Notes: generated from the sequence alone by a model not told the origin. Shown: positions 43,432-55,199, counted from the first letter of the stretch. The stretch is DNA of 64,000 nt from an uncultured Prochlorococcus sp. (GCA_902534675.1 CACAQQ010000001.1:24177-88176), one strand, 5' to 3'. Numbers and translations: made by a program.

Positions 43432-44835
43432 ATGGCATTAGTTATTCTCCCCGGTTTAAACAATCTCATTGAAGATATTAGTGAGGCAAAAAAGTTACCT
43501 TCTAGTATAGTTGAGGCAGCTTTGCGAGAGGCTTTACTAAAAGGATACGAAAAATATAGAAAAACTTTTTACATTGGGATTAACGAAGATCCATTTGACG
43601 ATGAATATTTTAGTAATTTTGATGTTGGATTAGATTTAGATGAAGAAGGTTATCGAATATTATCGAGTAAAATAATTGTTGAAGAAGTGGAGAGCGAGGA
43701 TCATCAAATATCTCTATTAGAAGTCAAACAAGTTGCTGAAGATGCTCAAATAGGCGACACAGTTGTTTTAGACGTTACACCAGAAAAAGAGGATTTTGGG
43801 CGAATGGCTGCTTCAACAACAAAGCAAGTGTTAGCCCAAAAGTTAAGGGATCAACAAAGAAAAATGATTCAAGAAGAGTTTGCAGATTTGGAAGATCCTG
43901 TTCTAACTGCAAGAGTAATTAGATTTGAAAGGCAATCTGTAATTATGGGAGTTAGTTCCGGCATTGGCAGACCTGAGGTAGAGGCTGAATTACCCAAGCG
44001 AGATCAATTACCGAATGATAATTATAGAGCAAATGCAACCTTCAAGGTATTTTTGAAAGAAGTTAGCGAAATAGCTAGAAAAGGGCCCCAACTTTTTGTT
44101 AGTAGAGCAAATGCTGGGTTAGTTGTATATTTATTTGAAAATGAAGTTCCTGAGATTCAAGAGGGAACAGTTAAAATTGTTGCAGTTTCAAGAGAAGCAA
44201 ATCCTCCTTCAAGAGCTGTTGGTCCAAGAACAAAAGTAGCTGTTGATAGTGTTGAAAAAGAAGTTGACCCTGTAGGTGCTTGTATTGGGGCTAGAGGAGC
44301 AAGAATCCAACAAGTTGTTAATGAATTAAGAGGAGAAAAGATTGATGTTATTAAATGGTCATCAGATCCAATACAGTATATTTTGAATTCTTTAAGTCCT
44401 GCAAAAGTCGATTTAGTAAGACTAGTTGATCCAGAAGGACAACATGCTCACGTATTAGTTCCACCTGATCAATTGAGTCTCGCAATTGGTAGAGAAGGTC
44501 AAAATGTCAGACTTGCAGCAAGATTAACTGGCTGGAAGATTGATGTTAAAAACTCCCATGAATATGATCAGGAAGCAGAAGATGCAGCAGTCTCTGAATT
44601 AATTATTCAAAGGGAAGAAGAAGAGACTCTCCAGCGAGAAGCTGAGCAAAGATTAGAAGCAGAACAAGCTGAACGTGCTGCGGAAGAGGCGAGACTTAGA
44701 GAGCTTTATCCACTGCCTGAAGATGATGATGAATATGGAGAAGAACAATTTGAAGAAGAACAATTCTCAGAAAATGACAAATTAGAGACTACTCAAGATA
44801 TGCAAATATCCTCTAAAGAGGAAAGAAAACGGTGA
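43432..44835 (+). CDS. nusA: Transcription factor NusA
   Basis: FGR..A...KQ, S1 and KH domains (DPVGACIG, SLAIGREGQNVRLA), acidic tail. Confidence 0.98.
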   Translation: MALVILPGLNNLIEDISEAKKLPSSIVEAALREALLKGYEKYRKTFYIGINEDPFDDEYFSNFDVGLDLDEEGYRILSSKIIVEEVESEDHQISLLEVKQVAEDAQIGDTVVLDVTPEKEDFGRMAASTTKQVLAQKLRDQQRKMIQEEFADLEDPVLTARVIRFERQSVIMGVSSGIGRPEVEAELPKRDQLPNDNYRANATFKVFLKEVSEIARKGPQLFVSRANAGLVVYLFENEVPEIQEGTVKIVAVSREANPPSRAVGPRTKVAVDSVEKEVDPVGACIGARGARIQQVVNELRGEKIDVIKWSSDPIQYILNSLSPAKVDLVRLVDPEGQHAHVLVPPDQLSLAIGREGQNVRLAARLTGWKIDVKNSHEYDQEAEDAAVSELIIQREEEETLQREAEQRLEAEQAERAAEEARLRELYPLPEDDDEYGEEQFEEEQFSENDKLETTQDMQISSKEERKR

Positions 44836-45104
44836 CGCAACAAAACCCTGTTTTGCGTATATGCATCTCATGTAAAAAAAAATTTGACAGGAAAAATCTT
44901 TTAAAGATTACCAAAGATCATAAGCAAGGCATCATGTTTCAAAAGGGAATAGGACGATCAGCTTACATTTGCAAGTCAAAAGAATGTTATTCAGATTCAA
45001 AGATCAAAAAAAAGCTTCAAAAATCTTTAAAAACATTTTTAAAGCCTGAATTTATAGAGATTTTTGAACAAGAAATTGCAAGTTATAATGACTATCCTAA
45101 TTAG
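44832..45104 (+). CDS. ylxR: YlxR-family RNA-binding protein
   Basis: P..R.CISC and GRSAYIC; between nusA and infB. Confidence 0.88.
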   Translation: MTQQNPVLRICISCKKKFDRKNLLKITKDHKQGIMFQKGIGRSAYICKSKECYSDSKIKKKLQKSLKTFLKPEFIEIFEQEIASYNDYPN

Positions 45105-45159
45105 AGAATATAATATAATTAAATTCTCTTTAATCTTAAAAAGAGTAAAACCAGATTAA

Positions 45160-48100
45160 ATGACTATCAGCGATAAAATAAGAATATACGAACTTTCCAG
45201 AGACCTAAATCTGGAAAATAAAGATATATTGGATGCTGCTCAAAAACTCTCAATTTCTGTAAAAAGCCATAGTAGTTCAATTACTGCAGAGGATGCAAAA
45301 AAAATTAAAAACCTTATTAATAAAAAAAATTCCGATAAAAAAATACTTTCCATTAATAAACCTTCAATTAAAAAAGAGAATTTCGAACAAAAAAAAGCCG
45401 ATAAATCTCCTGTAATCTCTTCCATAAATGGGAAAACTTTCAAAGACAATTCAAACAAAAAACCATTATTAATTAAACCTCTAAACAAACCTGAGAGTCC
45501 ACAAAGAATTCCTATTCAAGCTGAAAATCTCAATAAACCAAATTTTGTTGCCAATTCACAACCTCAAAAAAATCTTAGAAATCAACCTTTAAAAAATCAA
45601 CCTTTAAAAAATCAACCTTCTCAAAATTTTAACTCAGACAAGAAAAATTTCCGAAACAACTCCAATCTGCCTATTAAAAGTCCAGTCAAACAACCCATTC
45701 AATTAATTGAAAAGCCCAAAAATTTAACTAATAATAACAATTCGAAAGAATCTAAACAGAACATCTACTTCTCAGGGGAGAAAAAACAACCCCTAAATAA
45801 AACTAATCAAACTACCAACAACTCTAAAACAAATAATAAGATAAACACCCCTGAACTCGTAGGAGCTCCTATAAGAAGAGACGATTTAAAGATTAAACCT
45901 AACAAGCAAAATCCTAATAAGCAAAATCTTAATAAGCAAAATATTTCTTTTAAGCAAAATCCCCAAAACAGATATGGTAGTCCTAATAAACCTGGTATGC
46001 CTAATAGACCTGGTATGCCTAATAGACCTGGTATGAATAATAGACCTGGTATGCCTAATAGACCTGGTATGCCTAATAGACCTGGTATGCCCAATAGACC
46101 TGGTTCTCCCAACAGATCAGCTTTAAAAAACAAGCCAACAGATCAAGTAAGACCTGGCTCATTTAATAGGCAAGTTAATCCTAATAGAACTGGGAACCCA
46201 AATAATCCAAGTGGTAATTTCAGAAAAGGAAGTTCCGTTAGACAGAATAATCTTAATAGACCAGGTTCAAAATTCAATGGTCAAAATTCAACTGGAATCA
46301 GGAAACCTGTATCACCTAATGAACTTTTGCAACTTCAAAAAACTAATAAATCTGATAAAGAGAAACTAGGTACTCAGAAAAATGAAAAACAAAAGATTGA
46401 GTTACCTAAACAGAAGGTAAAAGCTCCCAATAGTCGTGTAAATCCCGGACTAAATACCAAAAAACCACCTCATAGATCTTTTACAAATAGTTCAAAAAAA
46501 CCAAGCAGGACAGATTGGGACGATAGTGCAAAACTCGAAGCATTACGCAACAAAAATCCCCAAAAACAAAGACAGAAAGTTCATATTATTGGAGAGAATG
46601 ATGATTCACTAACATCTGAAACCAGTGGATACTCAGGTGAGAAAATTTCAATATTATCAGCTAGTTTGGCGCGACCAAAGAAAGAAAAGTCTGATGATAC
46701 TAAATCTCAAAAATCTATAAAACAATTTAAGAAGAAGAAGAAAGAAACCACAAGGCAAAGGCAGAAAAGAAGAGCTCTAGAATTAAAGGCTGCTAAAGAG
46801 GCCAAGCAAGTGAGGCCTGAGATGATAATAGTTCCCGAAGAAAATTTAACAGTTCAAGAATTAGCTGATAAATTAAGTCTTGAAAGTTCTGAAATAATCA
46901 AATCTCTTTTCTTTAAAGGAATAAATGCAACTGTAACTCAATCACTTGATTTGGCAACTATCGAGACAGTTGCAGAAGAATTTGGAGTACCTGTTTTACA
47001 AGATGACATACAAGAAGCGGCGGAGAAAACGGTAGACATGATTGAATCTGATGATATTGACAGTCTTATAAAAAGGCCACCTGTTATTACGGTAATGGGG
47101 CATGTTGATCATGGCAAAACAAGCCTTTTAGATTCCATCAGAGAATCAAGAGTGGCTTCGGGAGAAGCCGGAGGCATTACCCAACATATAGGAGCTTATC
47201 AAGTTGAATTTGAACATGAATCTAAAAAGAAAAAATTAACTTTTCTTGATACACCTGGTCATGAAGCCTTTACAGCAATGAGAGCAAGGGGAACCAAAGT
47301 TACTGATGTAGCTGTTCTTGTAGTAGCAGCAGATGATGGTTGCAGGCCCCAAACACTTGAGGCTATTAGTCATGCAAGAGCTGCAAAAGTTCCAATTGTT
47401 GTTGCAATAAATAAAATTGATAAAGAAGGTGCTTCTCCAGAACGTGTTAAGCAAGAACTATCAGAAAAAGATTTAATTGCTGAAGATTGGGGAGGAGATA
47501 TTGTTATGGTTCCAGTTAGTGCAATTAAAAAACAAAATATTGATAAATTGCTCGAAATGATTTTATTAGTTTCAGAAGTTGAAGATTTGCAAGCCAACCC
47601 TGACAGAGCCGCTAAAGGTACTGTTATTGAAGCACACCTAGATAAAGCAAAAGGACCCGTAGCTACTTTGTTAGTACAAAATGGTACTTTAAAATCTGGG
47701 GATGTTTTAGCTGCAGGTTCAGTTCTTGGAAAAATTAGAGCAATGGTTGACGAACATGGCAATAGAATCAAAGAAGCAGGACCATCCTTCCCAGTAGAAG
47801 CACTAGGATTCAGTGAAGTTCCCACTGCAGGTGATGAATTCGAAGTTTACCCTGATGAAAAAACTGCTCGAACTATTGTGGGAGATAGAGCTACAGATGC
47901 CAGAGCTATTAAATTAGCTCAGCAAATGGCCTCTAGAAGAGTTAGTTTGTCATCCTTGTCAACTCAAGCAATTGATGGAGAATTAAAAGAATTAAACCTA
48001 ATTCTCAAGGCTGATGTTCAAGGCAGTGTTGAAGCGATATTGGGATCACTAGAACAATTACCAAAAAATGAAGTGCAAGTAAGAGTTCTACTCTCTGCTC

Positions 48101-48600
48101 CAGGAGAAATAACTGAGACGGATATAGATCTCGCAGCTGCATCAGGGTCAGTAATCATTGGTTTCAACACCTCATTGGCATCTGGAGCAAAAAGAGCAGC
48201 TGATGCCAATAATGTTGACATAAGGGAATATGAGGTCATCTATAAACTTCTTGAAGATATTCAGTTAGCTATGGAAGGTCTACTTGAACCTGATCTTGTA
48301 GAAGAATCACTGGGTTCAGCTGAAGTTCGGGCTACTTTCGCAGTTGGCAAAGGAGCCATCGCAGGCTGTTATATACAAACTGGCAAATTACAACGAAATT
48401 GTTCAGTTAGAGTTGTTAGATCAGATAAAGTAATTTTTGAGGGTAATTTAGACTCTTTAAAAAGATCTAAGGATGATGTAAAAGAAGTAAATACAGGATT
48501 TGAATGTGGAGTTGGTTGCGATAAATTCTCTTCCTGGATAGAGGGAGACATAATAGAAGCATTCAAATTTGTTACTAAAAAAAGAACATTAACTCAATAA
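45160..48600 (+). CDS. infB: Translation initiation factor IF-2
   Basis: [17 protein letters not shown] and C-terminal ECG; long low-complexity N-domain. Confidence 0.99.
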   Translation: MTISDKIRIYELSRDLNLENKDILDAAQKLSISVKSHSSSITAEDAKKIKNLINKKNSDKKILSINKPSIKKENFEQKKADKSPVISSINGKTFKDNSNKKPLLIKPLNKPESPQRIPIQAENLNKPNFVANSQPQKNLRNQPLKNQPLKNQPSQNFNSDKKNFRNNSNLPIKSPVKQPIQLIEKPKNLTNNNNSKESKQNIYFSGEKKQPLNKTNQTTNNSKTNNKINTPELVGAPIRRDDLKIKPNKQNPNKQNLNKQNISFKQNPQNRYGSPNKPGMPNRPGMPNRPGMNNRPGMPNRPGMPNRPGMPNRPGSPNRSALKNKPTDQVRPGSFNRQVNPNRTGNPNNPSGNFRKGSSVRQNNLNRPGSKFNGQNSTGIRKPVSPNELLQLQKTNKSDKEKLGTQKNEKQKIELPKQKVKAPNSRVNPGLNTKKPPHRSFTNSSKKPSRTDWDDSAKLEALRNKNPQKQRQKVHIIGENDDSLTSETSGYSGEKISILSASLARPKKEKSDDTKSQKSIKQFKKKKKETTRQRQKRRALELKAAKEAKQVRPEMIIVPEENLTVQELADKLSLESSEIIKSLFFKGINATVTQSLDLATIETVAEEFGVPVLQDDIQEAAEKTVDMIESDDIDSLIKRPPVITVMGHVDHGKTSLLDSIRESRVASGEAGGITQHIGAYQVEFEHESKKKKLTFLDTPGHEAFTAMRARGTKVTDVAVLVVAADDGCRPQTLEAISHARAAKVPIVVAINKIDKEGASPERVKQELSEKDLIAEDWGGDIVMVPVSAIKKQNIDKLLEMILLVSEVEDLQANPDRAAKGTVIEAHLDKAKGPVATLLVQNGTLKSGDVLAAGSVLGKIRAMVDEHGNRIKEAGPSFPVEALGFSEVPTAGDEFEVYPDEKTARTIVGDRATDARAIKLAQQMASRRVSLSSLSTQAIDGELKELNLILKADVQGSVEAILGSLEQLPKNEVQVRVLLSAPGEITETDIDLAAASGSVIIGFNTSLASGAKRAADANNVDIREYEVIYKLLEDIQLAMEGLLEPDLVEESLGSAEVRATFAVGKGAIAGCYIQTGKLQRNCSVRVVRSDKVIFEGNLDSLKRSKDDVKEVNTGFECGVGCDKFSSWIEGDIIEAFKFVTKKRTLTQ
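45580..45619 (+). repeat. 15-bp in-frame tandem repeat (NQPLK) in infB
   Basis: AATCAACCTTTAAAA twice plus a 10-bp partial copy. Confidence 0.85.
45901..45945 (+). repeat. Degenerate 15-bp tandem repeat (NKQN[P/L/I]) x3 in infB
   Basis: AACAAGCAAAATCCT-AATAAGCAAAATCTT-AATAAGCAAAATATT. Confidence 0.8.
45991..46116 (+). repeat. 18-bp in-frame tandem repeat (PGMPNR) x7 in infB
   Basis: CCTGGTATGCCTAATAGA: four perfect copies, two variants and a diverged PGSPNR copy. Confidence 0.95.
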
Positions 48601-48613
48601 TCAATGACTTAAC

Positions 48614-48853
48614 TTATAAATTTTTATTTTTATCAAAGAATAATAAAGTTGGGAATAGTATACAAGCACCCAATTGTATAAAAAGATTACTTTGTGGAAC
48701 TTCACTACCGCTTGCAATCTTGGAAAGCATTATTAGAAGTCCTAATAATGCCGAACCACTAAAAGCTATCCATAATATTCTCCTTAATCCCTTGAAAGGA
48801 GCTTGAGATTCTTTTAATAATTTTTTTTTTAATTCAGGATCTATTTTTGACAT
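48614..48853 (-). CDS. DUF3493 (LPA1-like) small membrane protein
   Basis: L..E...PF.GLRR..W motif followed by two TM helices. Confidence 0.8.
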   Translation of the reverse strand: MSKIDPELKKKLLKESQAPFKGLRRILWIAFSGSALLGLLIMLSKIASGSEVPQSNLFIQLGACILFPTLLFFDKNKNL

Positions 48854-48908
48854 AAATTATTAGGATTTATAAATTAAGTTTATATGAAAATATAAATTTT
48901 TTAATATT

Positions 48909-48980
48909 GCCGGTATAGCTCAGCGGAAGAGCAACTGTCTCGTAAACAGTAGGTCATTGGTTCAATTCCAATTATCGGCA
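48909..48980 (+). tRNA. trnT: tRNA-Thr (anticodon CGT)
   Basis: Acceptor GCCGGTA/TATCGGC, D-arm GCTC/GAGC, anticodon arm ACTGT-CT(CGT)AA-ACAGT, T-arm ATTGG-TTCAATT-CCAAT. CCA not encoded. Confidence 0.97.
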
Positions 48981-49279
48981 TTTCAAAAGCAAATTTGAAA
49001 AACAATCATTTTCAACTTAAATTTATGATTCTATAAAAATAAGTTCTTTTCTTCCCATTATGTTTTTTTAATAAAAAATACACACATCACTTAATTAGAG
49101 ATTTTATGAAATGAAAGCAAATTAGATTAAAATTTCTAAAAAAATTCTTAGTTAACATAATTTTGAAATTTGAAATTAAAAAATTTCAGATGTATTTCTT
49201 TTAAAAAATTTTAATTTCGCCAAATTAGTAATAAAGTAGTTAGATTCTTAAAGGAAATAAACCCATTAAATTTAATGGC

Positions 49280-50899
49280 ATGAATTTTAATTTAAAGTTC
49301 AAAAAATTAATTAAAAAAACTTACCATAGGAACTACTATGGAAAAATCCTAACTGTAAGGCTGCCATGCAATCCAATATTTCCAATAGGACCTATTTATT
49401 TAGCAGACCATATTCATAAATGTTTTCCAAATATAGAGCAACAATTTATTGATCTAGCAATAATTCCATCTAATAAAGTTTCCAAAAGCTTAGCTAGAAA
49501 AATTGATCAATTTAGACCTCATTTAATCATTTTCTCATGGAGAGATATACAAATTTATGCGCCTGTTGATGGCAGGAGCGGTAATCCCCTACAAAACTCT
49601 TTTGAGGTTTTCTATTCAAAAAATATCCTTAAAAAAATTAGAGGTTCATGGGGAGGATTGAAATTAATTGCATCACATTATGGAGAAATATATAGAAATA
49701 CTTCTTTAGTCAAGATGGGTCTAAAAAGAGCACAAAAATACAACAAAGATGTAAAAGTAATTTTAGGAGGTGGGGCTGTTAGTGTCTTCTATGAACAATT
49801 AGGGAATCTCCTTCCAAAAGGAACTGTTATTTCTGTTGGAGAGGGAGAGAATTTAATAGAGAAAATCATTAGGGGAGATTCTATAGAGGAAGAAAGATGT
49901 TATTTTGCTGGACAAAAACCCCGGAACAAATTAATACATGAACAACCTTCAGGCACTGTTAAGACTGCCTGCAACTATCAATATATCAAATCAATATGGT
50001 CTGAATTCAATTGGTATATAGAAGGAGGAGATTACTATGTAGGGGTGCAAACAAAACGTGGTTGTCCTCATAATTGTTGTTTCTGTGTTTATACGGTTGT
50101 AGAGGGGAAGCAGGTTCGAGTTAATCCTGTTGATGAAGTAATCAAAGAAATGAAACAATTATATGATCTTGGAGTAAGGGGCTTTTGGTTCACAGATGCA
50201 CAGTTTATTCCAGCCAAAAAACATATTGAAGATGCAAAAACACTTTTGCAAGCTATTAAGGATCAAGGCTGGCACGATATCAATTGGGCTGCATATATCA
50301 GAGCAGATAATATTGATGCTGAACTAGCTCAGCTTATGGTTGATACAGGCATGAGCTACTTCGAGATAGGTATCACTTCGGGATCCCAAGAACTTGTTAG
50401 AAAAATGAGATTAGCGTATGACCTTGAAACCGTATTAAATAATTGCAGAATGCTAGTCCAATCAGGATTCAAGAACCATGTTTCAGTCAATTATTCATTC
50501 AATGTTTTTGATGAAACGCCAAGCACAATCAGACAAACAATTGCTTACCATAGAGAACTAGAAAATATTTTTGGTAAAGGCTTAGTTGACCCAGCTATAT
50601 TCTTTATAGGTTTGCAACCTCACACTCTTCTTGAGAAGTATGCCTTAGATCATAAAATTCTAAAGCCTAATTACAATCCAATGAGCATGATGCCCTGGAC
50701 GGCGAGAAAGCTTCTATGGAATCCAGGCTCATTAGGAAAAAAACTTGGTCAGGTTTGCTTAGAAGCTTTTGATAATAGAGAAGATGAATTTGGTAAAACA
50801 GTCATAAATATTCTTGAAAGAGAATATGGAAAGTCCCCATTAGAAGAATCCTTAAAAGTCCGTCCTTTATCAGAAAGAAAATTGGCTCATTCTAAATAA
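49280..50899 (+). CDS. B12-binding radical SAM protein (PSII high-light acclimation, Slr0320-like)
   Basis: RLPCNPIFPIG, GGGAV and GEGE in the N-domain; KRGCPHNCCFC (CxxxCxxC). Confidence 0.88.
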   Translation: MNFNLKFKKLIKKTYHRNYYGKILTVRLPCNPIFPIGPIYLADHIHKCFPNIEQQFIDLAIIPSNKVSKSLARKIDQFRPHLIIFSWRDIQIYAPVDGRSGNPLQNSFEVFYSKNILKKIRGSWGGLKLIASHYGEIYRNTSLVKMGLKRAQKYNKDVKVILGGGAVSVFYEQLGNLLPKGTVISVGEGENLIEKIIRGDSIEEERCYFAGQKPRNKLIHEQPSGTVKTACNYQYIKSIWSEFNWYIEGGDYYVGVQTKRGCPHNCCFCVYTVVEGKQVRVNPVDEVIKEMKQLYDLGVRGFWFTDAQFIPAKKHIEDAKTLLQAIKDQGWHDINWAAYIRADNIDAELAQLMVDTGMSYFEIGITSGSQELVRKMRLAYDLETVLNNCRMLVQSGFKNHVSVNYSFNVFDETPSTIRQTIAYHRELENIFGKGLVDPAIFFIGLQPHTLLEKYALDHKILKPNYNPMSMMPWTARKLLWNPGSLGKKLGQVCLEAFDNREDEFGKTVINILEREYGKSPLEESLKVRPLSERKLAHSK

Positions 50900-50914
50900 T
50901 AAATTCAAGGGTTA

Positions 50915-51232
50915 TTAATCTTCTTTCTCAATTGAACTAGAAATTCCTTTTGATTTTAATGATTCTGAGTAGAATTCTGCTGGCTCTAAATCACAAACAA
51001 TTACCAAACCTACACCTGTATTATGTGCTTCTAGCATTATGGCAATAGCATCTTGTTCGCTTAATTGCGGCACAACTTCTCGTAGTGATATAGTTACGTA
51101 CTCCATAGAATTAACTGGGTCATTATGAAGTAAAACCTTATATTTTGGAGATTTATTTTTTAATTCAGCAGGTTTCTTTTCAATAACTGCTGAATTATTA
51201 CTTATACTTTGTTCTAACTTTATAGATAACAT
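50915..51232 (-). CDS. clpS: Clp protease adaptor ClpS
   Basis: YKVLLHNDPVNSMEYV and MLEAHNTG. Confidence 0.95.
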   Translation of the reverse strand: MLSIKLEQSISNNSAVIEKKPAELKNKSPKYKVLLHNDPVNSMEYVTISLREVVPQLSEQDAIAIMLEAHNTGVGLVIVCDLEPAEFYSESLKSKGISSSIEKED

Positions 51233-51267
51233 TAAATTTTTGTGAGCCTAAATTGTACTAATAATTA

Positions 51268-52494
51268 TTATATATTAATTATTCTTTCCATTGCATCAAT
51301 GACGTTTGATCGTGAGTTAAAGGCTGACAAACGAAAATAACCCTCTCCTGCTAATCCAAATCCGCTCCCAGGTGTGCCTACGACACTAACTTTTTGAAGG
51401 AGGAAATCAAAAAAGTCCCAAGATGTCATTTGATCAGGAACTTTAATCCAGATATAAGGAGCATTTTCCCCACCATAAACTTTATATCCTGCAGTCTGAA
51501 GTTTATTTTTCATGATTTTTGCATTTTCCATATAAAAATCAATTAATCCTTTCACTTCCTTCTGCCCTTCAAGAGAATAAACAGCCTCCGCTCCTCTCTG
51601 AACCACATAACTTACTCCATTAAACTTTGTAGATTGTCGCCTATTCCAAAGAGGCCATAAGTCAATTTCCTCATTGGTTGAGCTCAAACCTTTTAGATTT
51701 TTAGGTATTACTGTAAAAGCACATCTAACTCCAGTGAATCCTGCATTCTTTGAAAAAGATCTAAATTCAATAGCACAATCCTTTGCTCCCTCAATCTCAT
51801 ATATTGAATGTGGAATATCATCATCTTGAATAAATGCTTCGTAAGCCGCATCAAAAAGTATTAAAGATTTATTTTGAAGAGCGTAGTCAACCCACTTTTT
51901 TAATTCCTTTTTTGTGATTGTTGCTCCAGTAGGATTATTTGGAAAGCAAAGATATAAAATATCAACCTTGTTTTTAGGGAGCTCTGGCAAAAAGTTATTT
52001 TCCTCATTTATTGCAAGATAAGTCAATCCTTTATAAGTCCCATTTTCGAGAGAATCTCCAGTTCTTCCTGTCATAACGTTACTATCAACATAAACAGGGT
52101 AAACGGGGTCTGTTACAGCAATTAAATTTTCTGTTCCAAGAATATCTAAAATATTGCTACTATCGCATTTCGAACCATCTGAAACAAAGATTTCTTCAGC
52201 TGAAATATTACAGCCTCTTGAAATAAAGTCATGCTCAGATATTTTTTCCCGAAGCCAAGAATAACCTTGTTCTGGTCCATAACCCCTAAAACCCTGTGTT
52301 GTGCCCATTTCATTTAAAGCTTTACTCATGGCATCTCTGCATGCTTTAGGTAATGGTTCCGTCACATCTCCTATACCAAGCTTAATTATTTCAGAACTAT
52401 TTTTTGATTGAGAATAAATCTTAACCCTTTTTGCAATTTCAGGAAATAAATAACCTGTTTTGAGTTTTAAATAATGTTCGTTTACTTGAACCAC
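51268..52494 (-). CDS. dapL: LL-diaminopimelate aminotransferase
   Basis: GYLFPEI, LGIGD, PNNPTG, DAAY and [15 protein letters not shown] start at 52494 preferred. Confidence 0.95.
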   Translation of the reverse strand: MVQVNEHYLKLKTGYLFPEIAKRVKIYSQSKNSSEIIKLGIGDVTEPLPKACRDAMSKALNEMGTTQGFRGYGPEQGYSWLREKISEHDFISRGCNISAEEIFVSDGSKCDSSNILDILGTENLIAVTDPVYPVYVDSNVMTGRTGDSLENGTYKGLTYLAINEENNFLPELPKNKVDILYLCFPNNPTGATITKKELKKWVDYALQNKSLILFDAAYEAFIQDDDIPHSIYEIEGAKDCAIEFRSFSKNAGFTGVRCAFTVIPKNLKGLSSTNEEIDLWPLWNRRQSTKFNGVSYVVQRGAEAVYSLEGQKEVKGLIDFYMENAKIMKNKLQTAGYKVYGGENAPYIWIKVPDQMTSWDFFDFLLQKVSVVGTPGSGFGLAGEGYFRLSAFNSRSNVIDAMERIINI

Positions 52495-52786
52495 TTTTGA
52501 TAAAAAATCCAACCATTTTAGGATAATGTATCAACGTGCTTTAGTGGTGATTAAATGTTAAAATTATCGTAGTTATGATTAAATAATAAGATAATCATAG
52601 CTATGAATTCAATTTCAAATAGTTTGAAAGTCTTCTAAAGCCTTATAAATAGCAGAACTATTGCTATTAACTTTAATTAAAAAAGTAAAATATACTAGCT
52701 ATAAATAATTGCTTTCTTTAAAGATAGAAAATTTAACTCTTGACTTTAAATGATTTTCAAAATCCAAACCATTCAGAATCAATTAT

Positions 52787-54610
52787 ATGTCTCAACAAAT
52801 TATCATCGCCGAGCAGGCGCGAATTGCAGCACTACTCACAGATGATCGAGTTGATGAATTAATCGTCGCACAAGGTCAATATCAAATTGGCGATATTTTT
52901 CTAGGAACAGTTGAAAATGTTCTCCCTGGTATTGATGCAGCTTTCATAAATATTGGTGAAAGTGAAAAAAATGGATTCATCCATGTATCGGATCTTGGTC
53001 CATTAAGGCTCAAAAAAGGAATATTAGGTATAACTGAATTATTGGAACCAAAACAAAAAGTTCTAGTACAGATAATCAAGGAACCAACAGGTTCTAAAGG
53101 GCCAAGACTAACAGGGAGTATTTCAATTCCTGGAAAGTACCTGATATTACAGCCATATGGTCAAGGAGTAAATATTTCTAGAAAAATTAACACAGAAACA
53201 GAAAGAAGCCGTTTAAAAGCTCTTGGGGTTCTAATGAAACCACCTAGCACAGGATTACTATTTAGAACAGAAGCCGAAAAAATAAAAGAAGAATTACTTA
53301 TTGAAGATTTAGAAAATTTAATTCAACAATGGGAAAATATTTTAAAAGTTACTGAAACTTCTAATCCACCAAATTTAATAAAAAGAGACCATGATTTCTC
53401 TCTTAAGATTTTAAGAGATCATATTAAATCATCAACTAAAAGCATAATTATTGATAGCAAATTATCAGTTGAAAAGGCAAAAGATTTTTTAATAAATTGT
53501 GAATCAAAAGTAGATATTAAATTTCACGAAAATGATGCAAACCAAAATATTTTAGAAAAATACGAAATCAAAAAAACAATCCAAAAAGCTCTTCAACCTA
53601 GAGTAGAACTTCCTTCAGGAGGTTATATAATTATTGAACCTACTGAAGCTCTAACAGTAGTTGATGTGAACTCTGGATCATTTACAAGATCCGCCAATTC
53701 AAGACAGACTGTTTTGTGGACGAATTGCGAAGCCGCAGTTGAAATCTCAAGACAAATGAAATTAAGAAATATTGGAGGAGTTATCGTAGTAGATTTTATC
53801 GATATGGAATCTAGAAGGGATCAATTTCAGCTACTTGAGCATTTTACTGCAGCATTAAAAGATGATTCTGCCAGGCCTCAAATAGCTCAGCTTACTGAAT
53901 TAGGTTTAGTTGAATTAACTAGAAAAAGACAAGGTCAAAATATATATGAATTATTCGGTAAAAAATGTGATAATTGCAATGGTACAGGGCATATAGAAAA
54001 TCAATTTAATTTTGGAACTTCTAATCTACAAATTGAGAACATAGAAGAAAAAACAAATAATTCAGACATTATAAAATCTGAACACATAGATACACTTCAA
54101 TCTAATGAAAAGCAAGAAGGAATAATAGAAAAGGAATCCCATAAAACCAAAGCCCTAAATAAAGAAGTTTCTAATGATAAAAAAGAACAAGATAATGAAA
54201 ATACGAATACAACAAATTCAAAAGAAAAAAATACAATCACTGTTGATCTTACTAATGATGAGAAAATTGTATACAGTCAATTAGGTATTAATCCGCTAAT
54301 AAAGTTAGGAAAAGAATATCTCATTAGCAATAATTTTGTGCGTTTAAAGGATAATATTAATAAAAAAGAAAAAACTTTAGACAATACAAAAACAACAGCA
54401 AAAAAAGAAAAAATAATATCAAAATCTAAAGAAATAAATGAGATTAAGATTAATGTTGAAGCAAATAAGAATTCCAAAGATAAATTAACTAAAAATAATA
54501 ATAACAATGAAGAAGTTTTATTTTTAGATGGGAAGGATCAAATTGAATCCAATGATGAGTTAAACAATGCAAGAAAAAAAAGAAGACGATCTTCAGCAAG
54601 CATTGAATAA
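52787..54610 (+). CDS. rne: Ribonuclease E
   Basis: S1 domain, KGPRLT, DVNSG, DFIDM, Zn-link CDNC, disordered C-terminal half ending RKKRRRSSA. Confidence 0.96.
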   Translation: MSQQIIIAEQARIAALLTDDRVDELIVAQGQYQIGDIFLGTVENVLPGIDAAFINIGESEKNGFIHVSDLGPLRLKKGILGITELLEPKQKVLVQIIKEPTGSKGPRLTGSISIPGKYLILQPYGQGVNISRKINTETERSRLKALGVLMKPPSTGLLFRTEAEKIKEELLIEDLENLIQQWENILKVTETSNPPNLIKRDHDFSLKILRDHIKSSTKSIIIDSKLSVEKAKDFLINCESKVDIKFHENDANQNILEKYEIKKTIQKALQPRVELPSGGYIIIEPTEALTVVDVNSGSFTRSANSRQTVLWTNCEAAVEISRQMKLRNIGGVIVVDFIDMESRRDQFQLLEHFTAALKDDSARPQIAQLTELGLVELTRKRQGQNIYELFGKKCDNCNGTGHIENQFNFGTSNLQIENIEEKTNNSDIIKSEHIDTLQSNEKQEGIIEKESHKTKALNKEVSNDKKEQDNENTNTTNSKEKNTITVDLTNDEKIVYSQLGINPLIKLGKEYLISNNFVRLKDNINKKEKTLDNTKTTAKKEKIISKSKEINEIKINVEANKNSKDKLTKNNNNNEEVLFLDGKDQIESNDELNNARKKRRRSSASIE

Positions 54611-55199
54611 TGTATCTGAAGTTGGGATAGATGAAGTTGGCAGGGGCGCAGTTTTTGGTCCAGTTTTTTCAGCAGTTGTAGTATTAACTGAAAAAAATAA
54701 ATTTATTTTAAAAAAACTTGGGGTGACAGATAGTAAAAAATTAACTCCGAAAAAAAGAAAATTACTTGTGCCAAAAATTTTATTACTTTCTTCAGATCAT
54801 GGAATTGGGCAATCTTCGGTTAGAGAAATAGATACGCTTGGCATAAGAGTTGCAACAGAACTTTCAATGATAAGAGCTTTAAAAAAATTAAAAGAAAAAC
54901 CATCTGAACTAATAATTGATGGCCCATTGTTATTAAGGCCATGGGATGGAATGCAAAAAAATATAGTATCAGGAGACTCTAAATTTATTGCGATAGCTGC
55001 AGCAAGCATAGTTGCAAAAGTATCTCGAGACGATTTAATGGAGAGGCTAGAAAAAAAATACTCAGGATACTTAATATTTAAAAATAAAGGTTATGGTACC
55101 AAAGACCATCTTTCAATTATCAAAGAAAATGGAATTACTAATCTTCATAGAAAAAGTTTTTTAAAAAAATCAAATCTTATTAAATTCACACCAATCTAA
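54567..55199 (+). CDS. rnhB: Ribonuclease HII
   Basis: [32 protein letters not shown] and HRKSF. Alternative in-frame TTG start at 54603. Confidence 0.95.
   Translation: MQEKKEDDLQQALNNVSEVGIDEVGRGAVFGPVFSAVVVLTEKNKFILKKLGVTDSKKLTPKKRKLLVPKILLLSSDHGIGQSSVREIDTLGIRVATELSMIRALKKLKEKPSELIIDGPLLLRPWDGMQKNIVSGDSKFIAIAAASIVAKVSRDDLMERLEKKYSGYLIFKNKGYGTKDHLSIIKENGITNLHRKSFLKKSNLIKFTPI

Noticed and set aside
45991-46116. Direct repeat array as a possible CRISPR
   Set aside because: The 18-bp units are contiguous, have no spacers and are in frame within infB; no cas genes are present.
45807-46133. 108-aa antisense ORF with (GLLGIP)n repeats
   Set aside because: It is the reverse-complement shadow of the infB PGMPNR repeat.
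48821-48830. T10 homopolymer (a similar run lies near 6638-6647) as a phase-variation site
   Set aside because: These are Lys-codon runs in intact frames and are common in such AT-rich DNA.
48981-49260. tRNA-Thr as an integration site with an island remnant
   Set aside because: No duplicated tRNA 3' end, integrase fragment or foreign ORF is visible; there are only weak AT-rich hairpins.
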